Assembly: GCA_038211245.1 (NCBI GenBank)
Contig: JBBQVT010000002.1
Coordinates: forward strand, 2,534-66,533
DNA from: Desulfobulbales bacterium
GTDB lineage: Bacteria; Desulfobacterota; Desulfobulbia; Desulfobulbales; Desulfocapsaceae
Reading direction: 5' to 3'
DNA length: 64,000 nucleotides
Shown here: in pieces, positions 38,678 to 48,494 of the stretch
How positions within the stretch are numbered: the first letter of the stretch is position 1
Layout: every line of letters starts with the position of its first letter
Notes under the pieces: generated by a model
What the model was told of the DNA's origin: nothing
Seen by the model: only the letters and a program-made list of their open reading frames with translations
Database searches by the model: none
Translations under genes and position numbers: made by a program

Positions 38678-39127
38678 CTATTTTTCCAACTGCAACTCGA
38701 CCGTGAACGGCCCGGTTTCACACTCAAACTGAATTAATGTTCTCTCCGCATCCTTGTTTGGCTGGTAATCGTAATGCTGGCCGGAAATGGTTGTCGGCAT
38801 CGAGAGGTTGATGTCCCGACCTTTCTCTGAGAGTATTGATTTGACATTACCCCCGAGCATATTTGCCAACTCTCCTATCGCATCCTCAACATCTGAATTC
38901 ATTTCTTCAACATCCATGCCAAGAAAACTACTGGTAATGGCAATTGCCACCCGATGAGGAAGATGAATGGCCAGGACTCCTTTATGCGTACCGGCCAAAC
39001 CAATCACTCCAGAAATGCTGTCCACAAGAGGATGCGCCTCTGTTTTCGCTTCCTCCTTTGCGGAAATATCCATCATCAGCATTGAGGAAAAGATCTCTTT
39101 GGCAGATTCAATTATTCTTTCTCGCAC
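38678..39127 (-). CDS. cheX: Chemotaxis phosphatase CheX (copy 1)
   Basis: IFSSM, ISGVIGLAG, DAIGELANMLGG, LSMPT. Confidence 0.9.
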   Translation of the reverse strand: MRERIIESAKEIFSSMLMMDISAKEEAKTEAHPLVDSISGVIGLAGTHKGVLAIHLPHRVAIAITSSFLGMDVEEMNSDVEDAIGELANMLGGNVKSILSEKGRDINLSMPTTISGQHYDYQPNKDAERTLIQFECETGPFTVELQLEK

Positions 39128-39229
39128 TTCAACTACCTCCTGTTGTTGTCCAGAAAAGCCACCCCTCGTGATTAAACGCTCCTTGGAGGTGTACTAAAAT
39201 TAAAAACCGGCAAAGTTTTTTAAAAAAAA

Positions 39230-39601
39230 CTAAAGAAGTGGGCCAAGTATTTCATTGACCTTGTCTGGGGTGAAAGGTTTCTTTATCGCTCCAAGAGCGC
39301 CGAGAGATTTGGCTTCACCGATAATATCATCGCCTGTTTCCGTGGAAATCATCAATACAGGAATATTTTTAATAGCCGGACGGCTCGCCTTCTCCCTGAG
39401 AAAAGCAATCCCATCCATATTGGGCATATTGATGTCACTGAGGACGATGTCAACTTTTTTGCTCTCGAGAATTTCCAAGGCCTCCAAGCCGTCGGCGGCT
39501 TCGTATATGTTTTCAAAATCAATCCCGGCCTGACGCAATGAACGACCGATGATCTTTCTCATGGTGCTTGAATCATCTACTAGCAGTACGTTTTTCCCCA
39601 T
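39230..39601 (-). CDS. cheY: CheY single-domain response regulator
   Basis: VDDSSTMRKII, SDINMPNMDG, ISTE, KPFTP; 123 aa, beside cheX. Confidence 0.88.
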   Translation of the reverse strand: MGKNVLLVDDSSTMRKIIGRSLRQAGIDFENIYEAADGLEALEILESKKVDIVLSDINMPNMDGIAFLREKASRPAIKNIPVLMISTETGDDIIGEAKSLGALGAIKKPFTPDKVNEILGPLL

Positions 39602-39831
39602 TTTTTTCTCCTGTATGTTAATTGCCGGCGTCGTCCCAAAGCCACACCTTACGTAGCGTAAGGAAACACCTCTATTCCTTATAACAATAACCTTATTAGA
39701 ATTATCGTCCTGTACTTGTCATAAAACCGTGACGGTCAATCTTACCAAGAAGCAATTGAAAAAATCAAATAAGTAATGCAAAAAATATTGGAGAAAGGAT
39801 TATTCAGTCATCAATTGACCTCAGAGGATTG

Positions 39832-39849
39832 GTGTCAAATTTTCGGCAC
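39832..39849. promoter_or_regulatory. Candidate FleQ/FlrA-type enhancer site
   Basis: Imperfect palindrome GTGTCAAATTTTCGGCAC about 100 bp upstream of the predicted sigma54 start; a second GTCATCAATTGAC lies at 39807-39819. Confidence 0.45.
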
Positions 39850-39919
39850 ACATTAAAGTAACCGATTTTTCATGCGCCTCCGAGAACTCAAGAACTCAGC
39901 CGCCATCAGTATTTTTGGG

Positions 39920-39936
39920 TTGGCATTTATATTGCA
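39920..39936 (+). promoter_or_regulatory. Sigma54 (-24/-12) promoter of the TPR-flgBC-fli operon
   Basis: TTGGCATTTATATTGCA with GG and GC exactly 12 nt apart. Confidence 0.8.
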
Positions 39937-39947
39937 AATGAATTTTC

Positions 39948-42356
39948 ATGAAGCATTCATTACTCGCCATAATTCTGTTGATCAGCATTTTCCAGATAGA
40001 AGTCGCGGCATCTCAGCTCACTAAAGTGGCGCGCTTGGATTCAAAGGATCTGATGCAGATTTATTTCAGTTTTGATAAGCTTCCGACTTTTAAGGCGATA
40101 AGCAACAATCGCCGCATCGACCTGATATTTGCAGGCTCGTCGCTTTCTTCTGCCGTTACTTTTTTCCCTCCCGACCAAGACATAGTCAAAATATTGCCAC
40201 GGACGGAAAAAACCGATCTTATAGTATCACTCTTCTTCCGCTATCAACCACAAAACTTTAAGCTGACGAAAAGCCCCGACGGCAAAATTGTTTTTGAAAT
40301 CCTTTTCGGCAACGAATACAGTAAAACATATCATAACCTAGCTGAACGACTGAAAGGTATCAGTGAAATAGACAAAATTGCTGTAGATTTTACAAACCCT
40401 TCCATCCAATCACCGCATAGAAAAGATTGGATGTCTTTTTTCGCAACCTATGAATCGCCTGTAGAAATCAACGTTCCGGTAAAATTCACACCACCGCCTT
40501 TTCCCATTATTCGTTTTCTCCCCCCCGGGCGGGAGATGAATCTGCAGCTCCTCTTTGCTGACATCTTCGAGCTGGCGGAAAAGAGTGCCTGGGCACAGCT
40601 CGGAGATAAAGTATTAGAGAAATTACAACAGACACAGGACTTAGAGACCCAAAAAATGCTGGCTCTTACCTTTGGTGAAACGCTGCTGCACCAAGGCGAC
40701 TTTGAAGGAGCCTACAAACAGCTTTATCTGCTCAAAGAGAAATACCCTGAAGAATTGCTTGGCACTTATGCTGATTTTCTTCTCATTCATCTTAAGGCAA
40801 AGTACCAAGACCAAAATATCGCCGAATATGAATTGCAAACCCTCGAAGCAACCCTAGGTCACAACAGCCTCCTCTCTCCTTACCTCTTTCTCGCCCAGAT
40901 TGAGGCTGCCCTGGCTTCGGCAAAGTTCACCCAACTGAATACACTCCTGCACCGTGACGATGTTGCCTTACCGGATGATTTGCTGGAAATCGTGCACATT
41001 CGTCAGGCTGATTACTGGTATGCCATAAAAAAACCGATCAAGGCTTTTGCGGCATATCAGTTACATGCCGATTCAATAATTCTCCGCTCTCAGCCCTATT
41101 CTTTGAATGGCTACTGCGCTTCATCGTATCAGCAGAAAAAATTTCGAGAAGCATCAATATGTTACGATCAGCTCGGCGCCGTGGTGACGGATAAGCCGCT
41201 CCTTGGGCTGATTGCCTATAGAAAAAATATGGCAAAAATGAAAAACCAGGAGGGCTCATCTCTCCTCAACGACTTTGCGCAAATCGAAAATGTATATAGC
41301 GACAGCGAAGCGGGTTTTCGAGCAGCATTGCAAAAAAATGACCTGTTGTATCGCCAAAACAGAAATTATGCAAAACAAGCGCTTGAGAAATACGGTGAAA
41401 TTGCCGACAATTCTCCTGACCGAGGAGTTCGGGAAGAAGCCTTTTTCAAGCAGGCGCTGATATACTCACAACTTGGTGAAGCGGCAAAGAGTGTCGAACT
41501 CCTGGAGCAATTTCTCCGCGAATTTCAAAACGGGGATGTCAGAATTTCGGCACAGGCCTTGCTCATTGATATTTTGCCTGGTGAAATCAAAAGACTAGTA
41601 GACCTTAAAGAGTATGTGAAAGCCCTTGTTTTGGCAAAAAAGAACAAAGATCTTTTCCAAAACAACTGGATAAACAGCAAATTTCTGGCAGACATTGCCG
41701 AGGCCTACCACCGCGTCGGTCTTTTTGACGAGGCCCAGAAACTCTATCTTTATCTCATCGAGATTATGCCGGTCGATCAACGAGAACAGTTTTACCTGCC
41801 GATGATACAATCAACCTTCGACCAGGGCAATTACAGCCTGGTTGAAGATTACTCTGCCCAATACTTTTACAATTACCCGCAAGGGCAAAATTACGGCGAG
41901 GTGCTGGCTATCCGACTCAGCTCCCTGATCGCTGATGAACGTTTGGATGAGGCCCGGAAGCTCCTCCCGTCGCCTCTTCCGGAGAGTAAAGAACTGTATG
42001 CTATTGCAAGTACACTCTACTTTCGAACAGATGATTATGAAAAATGCCTAGCCGTTTTGAAAAAACTGGCAGTTCTTCAGACACCATTGCCGGCAAAAGA
42101 GCAATTTATGTTGGCAGAATGCCTGTTCCAGACAGGTGCTTTGGTCGAGGCTGAAGCGATTTTCCAGACCATAACAGAGGAACATACATTTTATGAACAA
42201 TCACTTTTCCGCCTTGCCGGTTTTGAACGAAATAAAGGAAATGAGCAAATGGCCCTAAGCCTCTTTAAAAAAATTGTCGAAACAGGAAAAAGCCCTCGAT
42301 GGAAGAAATATGCGGAACGGGAATTGCAATTTGCAAAAGCATCCTCCCGCAAGTAG
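39948..42356 (+). CDS. Exported TPR-repeat protein, PflA-like architecture
   Basis: Signal peptide, beta-rich N-terminal domain and a long TPR-like helical array (e.g. EEAFFKQALIYSQLG, LADIAEAYHRVGLFDEA); first gene of the flagellar operon. Confidence 0.75.
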   Translation: MKHSLLAIILLISIFQIEVAASQLTKVARLDSKDLMQIYFSFDKLPTFKAISNNRRIDLIFAGSSLSSAVTFFPPDQDIVKILPRTEKTDLIVSLFFRYQPQNFKLTKSPDGKIVFEILFGNEYSKTYHNLAERLKGISEIDKIAVDFTNPSIQSPHRKDWMSFFATYESPVEINVPVKFTPPPFPIIRFLPPGREMNLQLLFADIFELAEKSAWAQLGDKVLEKLQQTQDLETQKMLALTFGETLLHQGDFEGAYKQLYLLKEKYPEELLGTYADFLLIHLKAKYQDQNIAEYELQTLEATLGHNSLLSPYLFLAQIEAALASAKFTQLNTLLHRDDVALPDDLLEIVHIRQADYWYAIKKPIKAFAAYQLHADSIILRSQPYSLNGYCASSYQQKKFREASICYDQLGAVVTDKPLLGLIAYRKNMAKMKNQEGSSLLNDFAQIENVYSDSEAGFRAALQKNDLLYRQNRNYAKQALEKYGEIADNSPDRGVREEAFFKQALIYSQLGEAAKSVELLEQFLREFQNGDVRISAQALLIDILPGEIKRLVDLKEYVKALVLAKKNKDLFQNNWINSKFLADIAEAYHRVGLFDEAQKLYLYLIEIMPVDQREQFYLPMIQSTFDQGNYSLVEDYSAQYFYNYPQGQNYGEVLAIRLSSLIADERLDEARKLLPSPLPESKELYAIASTLYFRTDDYEKCLAVLKKLAVLQTPLPAKEQFMLAECLFQTGALVEAEAIFQTITEEHTFYEQSLFRLAGFERNKGNEQMALSLFKKIVETGKSPRWKKYAERELQFAKASSRK

Positions 42357-42403
42357 GAGGATAACAATGCATCTGATTATGATAAGGATGGGAGGTGAAA
42401 ATT

Positions 42404-42820
42404 ATGGATCCGTTAAAGCCTTTTGATACAAACATGCAATTGCTGAGCAAGGTACTTGATCTTCGCGCTCAGAAGGCACAGGTCATTTCCGCCAATATCG
42501 CCAATGCCGAAACCCCCGGATATTCGGCTAACCGCTTTGATTTTGAAAAAGATCTGGCGCAGGCGATTAACACCAGCAAAGGTTTCCAATTTACAACATC
42601 GCACGCCGCCCATATTCCATTGGGGCCGACCAATTTCAATTCGGTCACCGGAAAGATTGTTACTGTTAAGGATGTTACCGGAATAGGTGACAAAAACAAT
42701 GTCAAAGTGGACCAAGAAATGATGGATTTATCGGAAAACGAACTACTTTATGAAACCACCGCCCAGTTGCTGAAAAAGAAAATCACCCAACTCAGCTACG
42801 TAATCTCAGGTGGACAATAA
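42404..42820 (+). CDS. flgB: Flagellar basal-body rod protein FlgB
   Basis: ISANIANAETPGY, NNVKVDQEM; GGAGG RBS before the ATG at 42404. Confidence 0.96.
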   Translation: MDPLKPFDTNMQLLSKVLDLRAQKAQVISANIANAETPGYSANRFDFEKDLAQAINTSKGFQFTTSHAAHIPLGPTNFNSVTGKIVTVKDVTGIGDKNNVKVDQEMMDLSENELLYETTAQLLKKKITQLSYVISGGQ

Positions 42821-42858
42821 CGATAGCCGCACCTCCAAGTTCAACCAAGAGGAATTCG

Positions 42859-43290
42859 ATGGATATTCTCAACACCTTTAAAATAAGCGGTTCGGCCATG
42901 CGGGCCCAGAGTCAGAGACTTGACACCATCAGCTCGAACCTGGCCAATGTCGAGACCACGTCGACTCCCGAGGGTGGTCCCTATAAAAAGAAATCAGTAT
43001 TTTTCCAAAGCACCCCTGTGAGTTTTCAGGAACAGCTGGACGGCAATCTCCGCAACTCGACGCAAGGTGTCAAAGTCACAAAAATGATCGAAGACCAAAC
43101 CGCACCGAGGAAGACTTACAACCCTTCTCATCCGGATGCCAATGTCGACGGGTACGTGGAAATGCCAAATATCAACGTCATGGAAGAAATGGTAGATATG
43201 ATGTCCGCCACCAGATCATACCAGGCCAATGCAACAGCCATTAAAAGTGCCAAAAGAATGGCTCTCAAAGCACTGGAAATAGGAAGGTAA
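42859..43290 (+). CDS. flgC: Flagellar basal-body rod protein FlgC
   Basis: SNLANVETT, GPYKKK, PSHPDA..DGYV.MPNIN, RSYQAN. Confidence 0.97.
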   Translation: MDILNTFKISGSAMRAQSQRLDTISSNLANVETTSTPEGGPYKKKSVFFQSTPVSFQEQLDGNLRNSTQGVKVTKMIEDQTAPRKTYNPSHPDANVDGYVEMPNINVMEEMVDMMSATRSYQANATAIKSAKRMALKALEIGR

Positions 43291-43296
43291 AAAATT

Positions 43297-43596
43297 ATGA
43301 CTACAATCAACAGCATCAGCGGTATTTTATCACAGACCATTAACCCTGCAGGCACCAGCGCAGTTGGACAAGCAACTGCCGGCTTTGGCGATGTGCTGAA
43401 AACGATGCTCGACAAGGTCAACGAAACCCAGACGGTCGGAGAGCAGGCAATCAAAAACCTGCAAAGCGGCGATGCCAAACATCTGCATGAGGTGATGATT
43501 GCCGTCGAAGAAGCTGATGTATCCTTACGTATGCTGGTTCAAATGCGCAATAAGGCGTTAACCGCCTATGAAGAAATTATGCGCATGCAGATTTGA
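43297..43596 (+). CDS. fliE: Flagellar hook-basal body protein FliE
   Basis: LHEVMIA, RNKAL.AYEEIMRMQI. Confidence 0.97.
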   Translation: MTTINSISGILSQTINPAGTSAVGQATAGFGDVLKTMLDKVNETQTVGEQAIKNLQSGDAKHLHEVMIAVEEADVSLRMLVQMRNKALTAYEEIMRMQI

Positions 43597-43670
43597 TCGA
43601 GGACCACTCTGAACAAAAAGCAAATTTATTCTCCCATTTATCTGAGTCACCACATTAAGAGGATACAATA

Positions 43671-45299
43671 ATGGCAGTGGAAAATCAAAGTATCCCTGTT
43701 CCAGCCACAATCACCGCCCCGGTAACTGTTCGTCCGGAACGGAAGACCCTGATGGCACTTGTGCAGGAGTGGCCGCTGTCGAGGAAATTTGCCACAGCTG
43801 CGGTAGTGCTTATTGCACTGGTCCTCTCCGTCATTCTTATCATCCAGGCGAGAACAGTGGACCAACAACTCCTCTATGCCAATCTTTCGATGAGTGATGC
43901 CGGGTCTGTGGTCAATTGGCTGAAAGGTCAGAAAATTGACTACAGTCTCCGGCACGACGGGAAAGATATTTGGGTCTCGGCCGATAAGCTTTACCAGACA
44001 CGTCTTGAACTCGCGGCAAACGGCCTTCCCGCCGGCGGTGGAATCGGTTTTGAGATCTTTGATAAGCAAAGTTTCGCACTTTCGGATTATGTGCAAAAAG
44101 TTAATTATACTAGAGCATTACAAGGTGAACTAGCAAGAACGATAACCTCTCTTGCCCCGGTTGAGTCGACTCGAGTGCATCTCGCTCTACCGGAAAAACG
44201 GCTTCTGAAAAGCCAACAAAAAAATGCCACTGCATCGGTAATCGTCACCCTTGTACCGGGAAAAACCCTTGAGAAACAGCAGGTTCAAGGAATTATCCAC
44301 CTCGTGGCCGGCTCCGTCGCCGATCTCGAACCGGCAAATGTCAAGGTCATCGATGCTAACGGCGTGGTCCTCGATGGCCAAAAACAAGGCTCTCAGGATG
44401 GTATGGTTTCCCTCGAAACCCTTACCTACCAGCGTGAGGTAGAACATAGCCTGGAAATGCGCGCCCAGGATTTGCTTGATAAAACCATGGGCAAAGATAA
44501 AGCAATGGTCAGGGTTTCCGCCACCCTTGATTTCTCCAAGGTGGAAAAGACGCAAGAACTCTTCAATGCCGATGATCCGGTTGTCAGAAGCGAGCAGATA
44601 AACCAGGAATCGAGCGGCGCCGACACTACCGGCGGTATTCCCGGCGTGCAGTCGAATCTGCAGGGCAATGAATTGCCCCAAGGCGCCGCAACGCCTCCTT
44701 CCAGTAAAAATTCTCGAACTACCAATTACGAAATAAGCAAAACGATAAGCAAAGTCATTAATCCGATGGGAACCATTAATAAACTCTCGGTTTCCGTGCT
44801 TGTTGCCGATAAGGTTAAGCAGGATGACGGCACCACGCCCGCCGAAATAACTCCTCGGAGCCCCGAGGAACTAAAATCCATTGAGAATATGGTGGCATCG
44901 GCAATCGGCCTGGTAACTGATCGTGGCGACATGATCAACATCACCTCCATGCCTTTTATCGACCCGGGTCAACCGCAAAGCGTTGTTGGAGAACAGGTCC
45001 CGGCCAATTCTTTATACCAGTATCTCCCTTTGGTCAAATATGGCCTGATCGGTCTTGGGATACTGCTTCTCTATTTTCTCTTGGTACGGCCTGTTATTAA
45101 AACTATGAAAGGTGAAGTCAAACAGCACAACAAAACAGTTCAGCAACTGGAGCAGGAACAACAGCAAAAGCAGATTGAAGTCGAACCGGAAGAACCGCCG
45201 CTTCCTATCGATGAAGCTATCACCGCTTTGCGTCGGGAAGTAATTCAAAATCAGGTACCGACTGCCTTTATTCTCAAAAATTGGATTCAGGAAGGTTGA
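43671..45299 (+). CDS. fliF: Flagellar MS-ring protein FliF
   Basis: GFEIFDK, RALQGELARTI, RVHLALP, ASVIV, TNYEI; two TM segments. Confidence 0.96.
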   Translation: MAVENQSIPVPATITAPVTVRPERKTLMALVQEWPLSRKFATAAVVLIALVLSVILIIQARTVDQQLLYANLSMSDAGSVVNWLKGQKIDYSLRHDGKDIWVSADKLYQTRLELAANGLPAGGGIGFEIFDKQSFALSDYVQKVNYTRALQGELARTITSLAPVESTRVHLALPEKRLLKSQQKNATASVIVTLVPGKTLEKQQVQGIIHLVAGSVADLEPANVKVIDANGVVLDGQKQGSQDGMVSLETLTYQREVEHSLEMRAQDLLDKTMGKDKAMVRVSATLDFSKVEKTQELFNADDPVVRSEQINQESSGADTTGGIPGVQSNLQGNELPQGAATPPSSKNSRTTNYEISKTISKVINPMGTINKLSVSVLVADKVKQDDGTTPAEITPRSPEELKSIENMVASAIGLVTDRGDMINITSMPFIDPGQPQSVVGEQVPANSLYQYLPLVKYGLIGLGILLLYFLLVRPVIKTMKGEVKQHNKTVQQLEQEQQQKQIEVEPEEPPLPIDEAITALRREVIQNQVPTAFILKNWIQEG

Positions 45300-45305
45300 T
45301 AGGGT

Positions 45306-46310
45306 ATGGGCATCGAAACACTTACCGGACTGAACCGGGTGGCAGTACTCTTAATCTGCATCGGGCAAGAGGCCACCTCGAAAATTTTTGAGGAATTGTC
45401 CGACGACGAAATCCGCCAGGTCACTAGAACCATGGCTACCATTGAACATATCCCCGCAGACGTCAAGGAGAAGGTGTTTGCCAATTACCGTGATTCCAAG
45501 AAGCGTTATGCCGGCCTTTTTGTCAAAGGTGGAGAATTCGCCCAAAAAGCCATTGCGGCAACCCCTGGTGAACAGCGCGCCAATTTTCTCCTTGATCAAT
45601 TCATTTCCGGGACCGAATCAAAATCCCTCGAGACCATCGCCCTTATGGCACCGCGAATGGTCGCCGGACTCCTGGAACATGAGCATCCGCAGACGGTCGC
45701 CCTGGTACTTTCCACCCAGCATATCGAACACGCTGCTGAAATCCTTACCAACCTACCGGAAACCATGCGTGCCGATGTCGTGTACAGAATTTCCAAGATT
45801 GAAAAGGTGTCGCCGGAAGTAATCAGCCGGATAGAGGATGCCTTGCATCGAGAAATCGGCCTGGTTTCCGGTAAAGCCCATAAAAAAGTCGGTGGCCTGG
45901 AGGCGGTTGTCGGCATCCTCAATCACATGAAGAATAATCTGGAAACAGAGATCCTCGACGAGATGGAACAGACCGATGCCGAGATGGCCGAAGAGATCCG
46001 CAAAAAGATGTTCACCTTCGAACACCTTATTTCTCTTGATGGCCGGTCACTGCAGATGATCCTCCGGGAAGTCAACAACGACTCCCTGACCCTTGCCTTG
46101 AAGACGGCTTCCGAGCAGATGAAAGAAAAAATCTTCGCCAACATGTCGTCACGGGCCGCCGATATGATCAAGGACGACCTTGAAGCCATGGGTCCGGTTC
46201 GCCTTTCTGAAGTCGAGCTTATGCAGCAGTCCATTGTCAAGATAGCTATGAAACTTGAGGAAGAAGGCAAACTCGTACTGGGAGGTGGAGGTGGGGATGA
46301 GCTTGTCTAG
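45306..46310 (+). CDS. fliG: Flagellar motor switch protein FliG
   Basis: EHPQTVAL, GG, MFTFE, NMSSRA, GPVRLSEVE. Confidence 0.97.
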   Translation: MGIETLTGLNRVAVLLICIGQEATSKIFEELSDDEIRQVTRTMATIEHIPADVKEKVFANYRDSKKRYAGLFVKGGEFAQKAIAATPGEQRANFLLDQFISGTESKSLETIALMAPRMVAGLLEHEHPQTVALVLSTQHIEHAAEILTNLPETMRADVVYRISKIEKVSPEVISRIEDALHREIGLVSGKAHKKVGGLEAVVGILNHMKNNLETEILDEMEQTDAEMAEEIRKKMFTFEHLISLDGRSLQMILREVNNDSLTLALKTASEQMKEKIFANMSSRAADMIKDDLEAMGPVRLSEVELMQQSIVKIAMKLEEEGKLVLGGGGGDELV

Positions 46311-47121
46311 GTATTTTAAAAATGCCCCTTCGTTCCAGGCGGAGGAACTTGTCAAGCAAGAAGACAAGACAATGCCAGGTTGGGCTCCGGACCCAAAAAA
46401 GGACCAGAGACCCTTCCAGACACAGCCGGTGCCGACTCCGGCAAAAGCACAAACCACCCTTGCAGGCAATGAATCTGTGCTCCGGCAACACCCTCCCCCG
46501 GAAAGTCCCGCGGCCGGCAGCACGGCCCCGGTTAATCCTCCTCCGCTTGACTCGGCGAAGGACAATACTCCCGCGCCTCCTCCGCAAGAAAGTGTCGATC
46601 TCAGCAACTATCTGCCCCGAGTCGAAGCCGAACAACAAGTCTTCGAAGCATACCAGCGAGGCTTAAAGGTCGGCATGGATAAAGCTGAAGAAGATTATGG
46701 CCGGGCAGCACAGGCGTTGCTCCTTGCCTGTCAACAGTTGGATAGCCTGCGGGCTACGATCATCGGCAACAGCAGCGAGGAATTGCTTGATTTTTCACTG
46801 GCCATTGCCGACCGGATTCTGCGTATTTCGGTGCGGGAACAGGATCATACCATAGTTGCCACCATTGAGGAGGCGCTACGACGGGCGGTCAAGTCGGATG
46901 AGTTCACCATCCTTCTCCATCCCGACGATTATGACACCCTTATTGCAAAATCCGCAGAAATCGTTGCCGGAGTGAGCGGCCTGAACAACATAGTGGTGAG
47001 AAAAGATCGGAGTGTCGAGCGTGGCGGCGCCCACATAGAATCCGACAATTGTACTGTAGATGCAACCATTGCCAGCCAATTCGAGATGATAAGAGAAGAA
47101 GTAAAAAATAAAATCCCATGA
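46297..47121 (+). CDS. fliH: Flagellar assembly protein FliH
   Basis: Between fliG and fliI; AYQRG, LHPDD, VERGG, VDATI; Pro-rich N-terminal region. Confidence 0.88.
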   Translation: MSLSRYFKNAPSFQAEELVKQEDKTMPGWAPDPKKDQRPFQTQPVPTPAKAQTTLAGNESVLRQHPPPESPAAGSTAPVNPPPLDSAKDNTPAPPPQESVDLSNYLPRVEAEQQVFEAYQRGLKVGMDKAEEDYGRAAQALLLACQQLDSLRATIIGNSSEELLDFSLAIADRILRISVREQDHTIVATIEEALRRAVKSDEFTILLHPDDYDTLIAKSAEIVAGVSGLNNIVVRKDRSVERGGAHIESDNCTVDATIASQFEMIREEVKNKIP

Positions 47122-48473
47122 TGCTGAATACGCAACATATCAGAGATCTCAACATCATCAAGGTTTGGGGCAAAGTCACCCGAATAGTTGGACTGGTAAT
47201 TGAAGGCTACTGCCCCTATGCCAGCGTCGGTTCTTTGTGCGAAATCACCCAAATTACCGGAAAAGAATGTATATATGCCGAGATAGTCGGCTTCAAAGAC
47301 AATAAGGCACTGCTTATGCCGCTGGGGGAAATCCGTGGTCTCGGTCCCGGCAGCCTTATCCGGGTGGTGCGTGACAGCGCCACAATCGGGGTCGGCAACA
47401 ACCTTCTCGGACGGGTTGTCGACGCCATGGAGATCCCCCAGGACGGCCTGCCTCGACCTGTTCTCACCGAAGAACAAGCGCTTTATGCACTCCCTCCCGG
47501 CCCGATGGAAAGACAGAATATAACCGACTCTCTGGATCTTGGCATTCGCGCCATAAACAGCATGATTACCTGCGGCATGGGGCAGAGAATGGGGATAATG
47601 GCCGGGTCAGGTATCGGCAAAAGTGTTCTCCTCGGAATGATGTCGAAATACGCCAAAGCCGATATCAACGTCATTGCCCTGATCGGCGAACGGGGCAGAG
47701 AGGTAAGGGAATTTATTGAAAGAGACCTGGGCACAGAAGGTCTATCCAGGTCGGTAATCGTTGTCGTCACCTCCGATCAGTCACCCCTTCTGCGAATGCG
47801 GGGTGCCTTCGTGGCTACAGCATTTGCCGAATATTTCTGCAACCAGGGGAAGAATGTTCTGCTCATGATGGATTCGGTGACGCGCTTTGCCATGGCCATG
47901 CGCGAGATCGGCCTGGCTATAGGCGAACCGCCGACCACCAAAGGCTACACCCCGTCGGTCTTTGCCACCCTGCCCAAGCTTCTTGAAAGAGCTGGAAGAT
48001 TTCGCAACAAAGGCTCGATTACCGGCCTTTATACCGTTCTGGTCGATGGCGACGACATGACTGAACCGGTAGCTGATTCCGTGCGGTCCATCCTCGACGG
48101 CCATATCGTCCTCTCCAGAGCAATTGCCGCAAGAAACCATTTTCCGGCAATTGACATCCTCAATTCGACCAGCCGGGTTATGCGCGATATCGTTACCCCA
48201 AGGCACTTGGAACTCGCCGGCAAAGCCCGGGAGGTCCTCGCCAGATATGCGGAAGCGGAGGATCTTATCAATATTGGTGCTTACGTCAAAGGTTCAAATC
48301 CAAAAATTGATTATGCCATCAGCAAAATTGACGCGATAAACACCTTTCTGCGACAGAACTTCACTGAAACTAATAATTTACAACATTCCATAGAACAATT
48401 GGGCAGCCTTCTCAGCGAACGTAAAGACGAAGAACCGGCCCCAAAAAATCGTCGTCAGTCAGACAAGCTATAG
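47118..48473 (+). CDS. fliI: Flagellar export ATPase FliI
   Basis: GSGIGKS, GERGREV, DSVTRFAMA.REIGL, GEPPTTKGY, ILDGHI. Confidence 0.97.
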   Translation: MMLNTQHIRDLNIIKVWGKVTRIVGLVIEGYCPYASVGSLCEITQITGKECIYAEIVGFKDNKALLMPLGEIRGLGPGSLIRVVRDSATIGVGNNLLGRVVDAMEIPQDGLPRPVLTEEQALYALPPGPMERQNITDSLDLGIRAINSMITCGMGQRMGIMAGSGIGKSVLLGMMSKYAKADINVIALIGERGREVREFIERDLGTEGLSRSVIVVVTSDQSPLLRMRGAFVATAFAEYFCNQGKNVLLMMDSVTRFAMAMREIGLAIGEPPTTKGYTPSVFATLPKLLERAGRFRNKGSITGLYTVLVDGDDMTEPVADSVRSILDGHIVLSRAIAARNHFPAIDILNSTSRVMRDIVTPRHLELAGKAREVLARYAEAEDLINIGAYVKGSNPKIDYAISKIDAINTFLRQNFTETNNLQHSIEQLGSLLSERKDEEPAPKNRRQSDKL

Positions 48474-48494
48474 CATCGAGGCATACTCCGCTCC

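Noticed and set aside
39647-39663. CCTTACG-TAG-CGTAAGG hairpin in the cheY leader
   Set aside because: A single short stem with no U-tract and no second copy, so no function can be supported.
39700-39730. Sigma28-like -10 (GACGATAA on the - strand) upstream of cheY; a similar TACGATAA lies upstream of the PilZ gene
   Set aside because: No TAAA -35 element at the correct spacing in either case.
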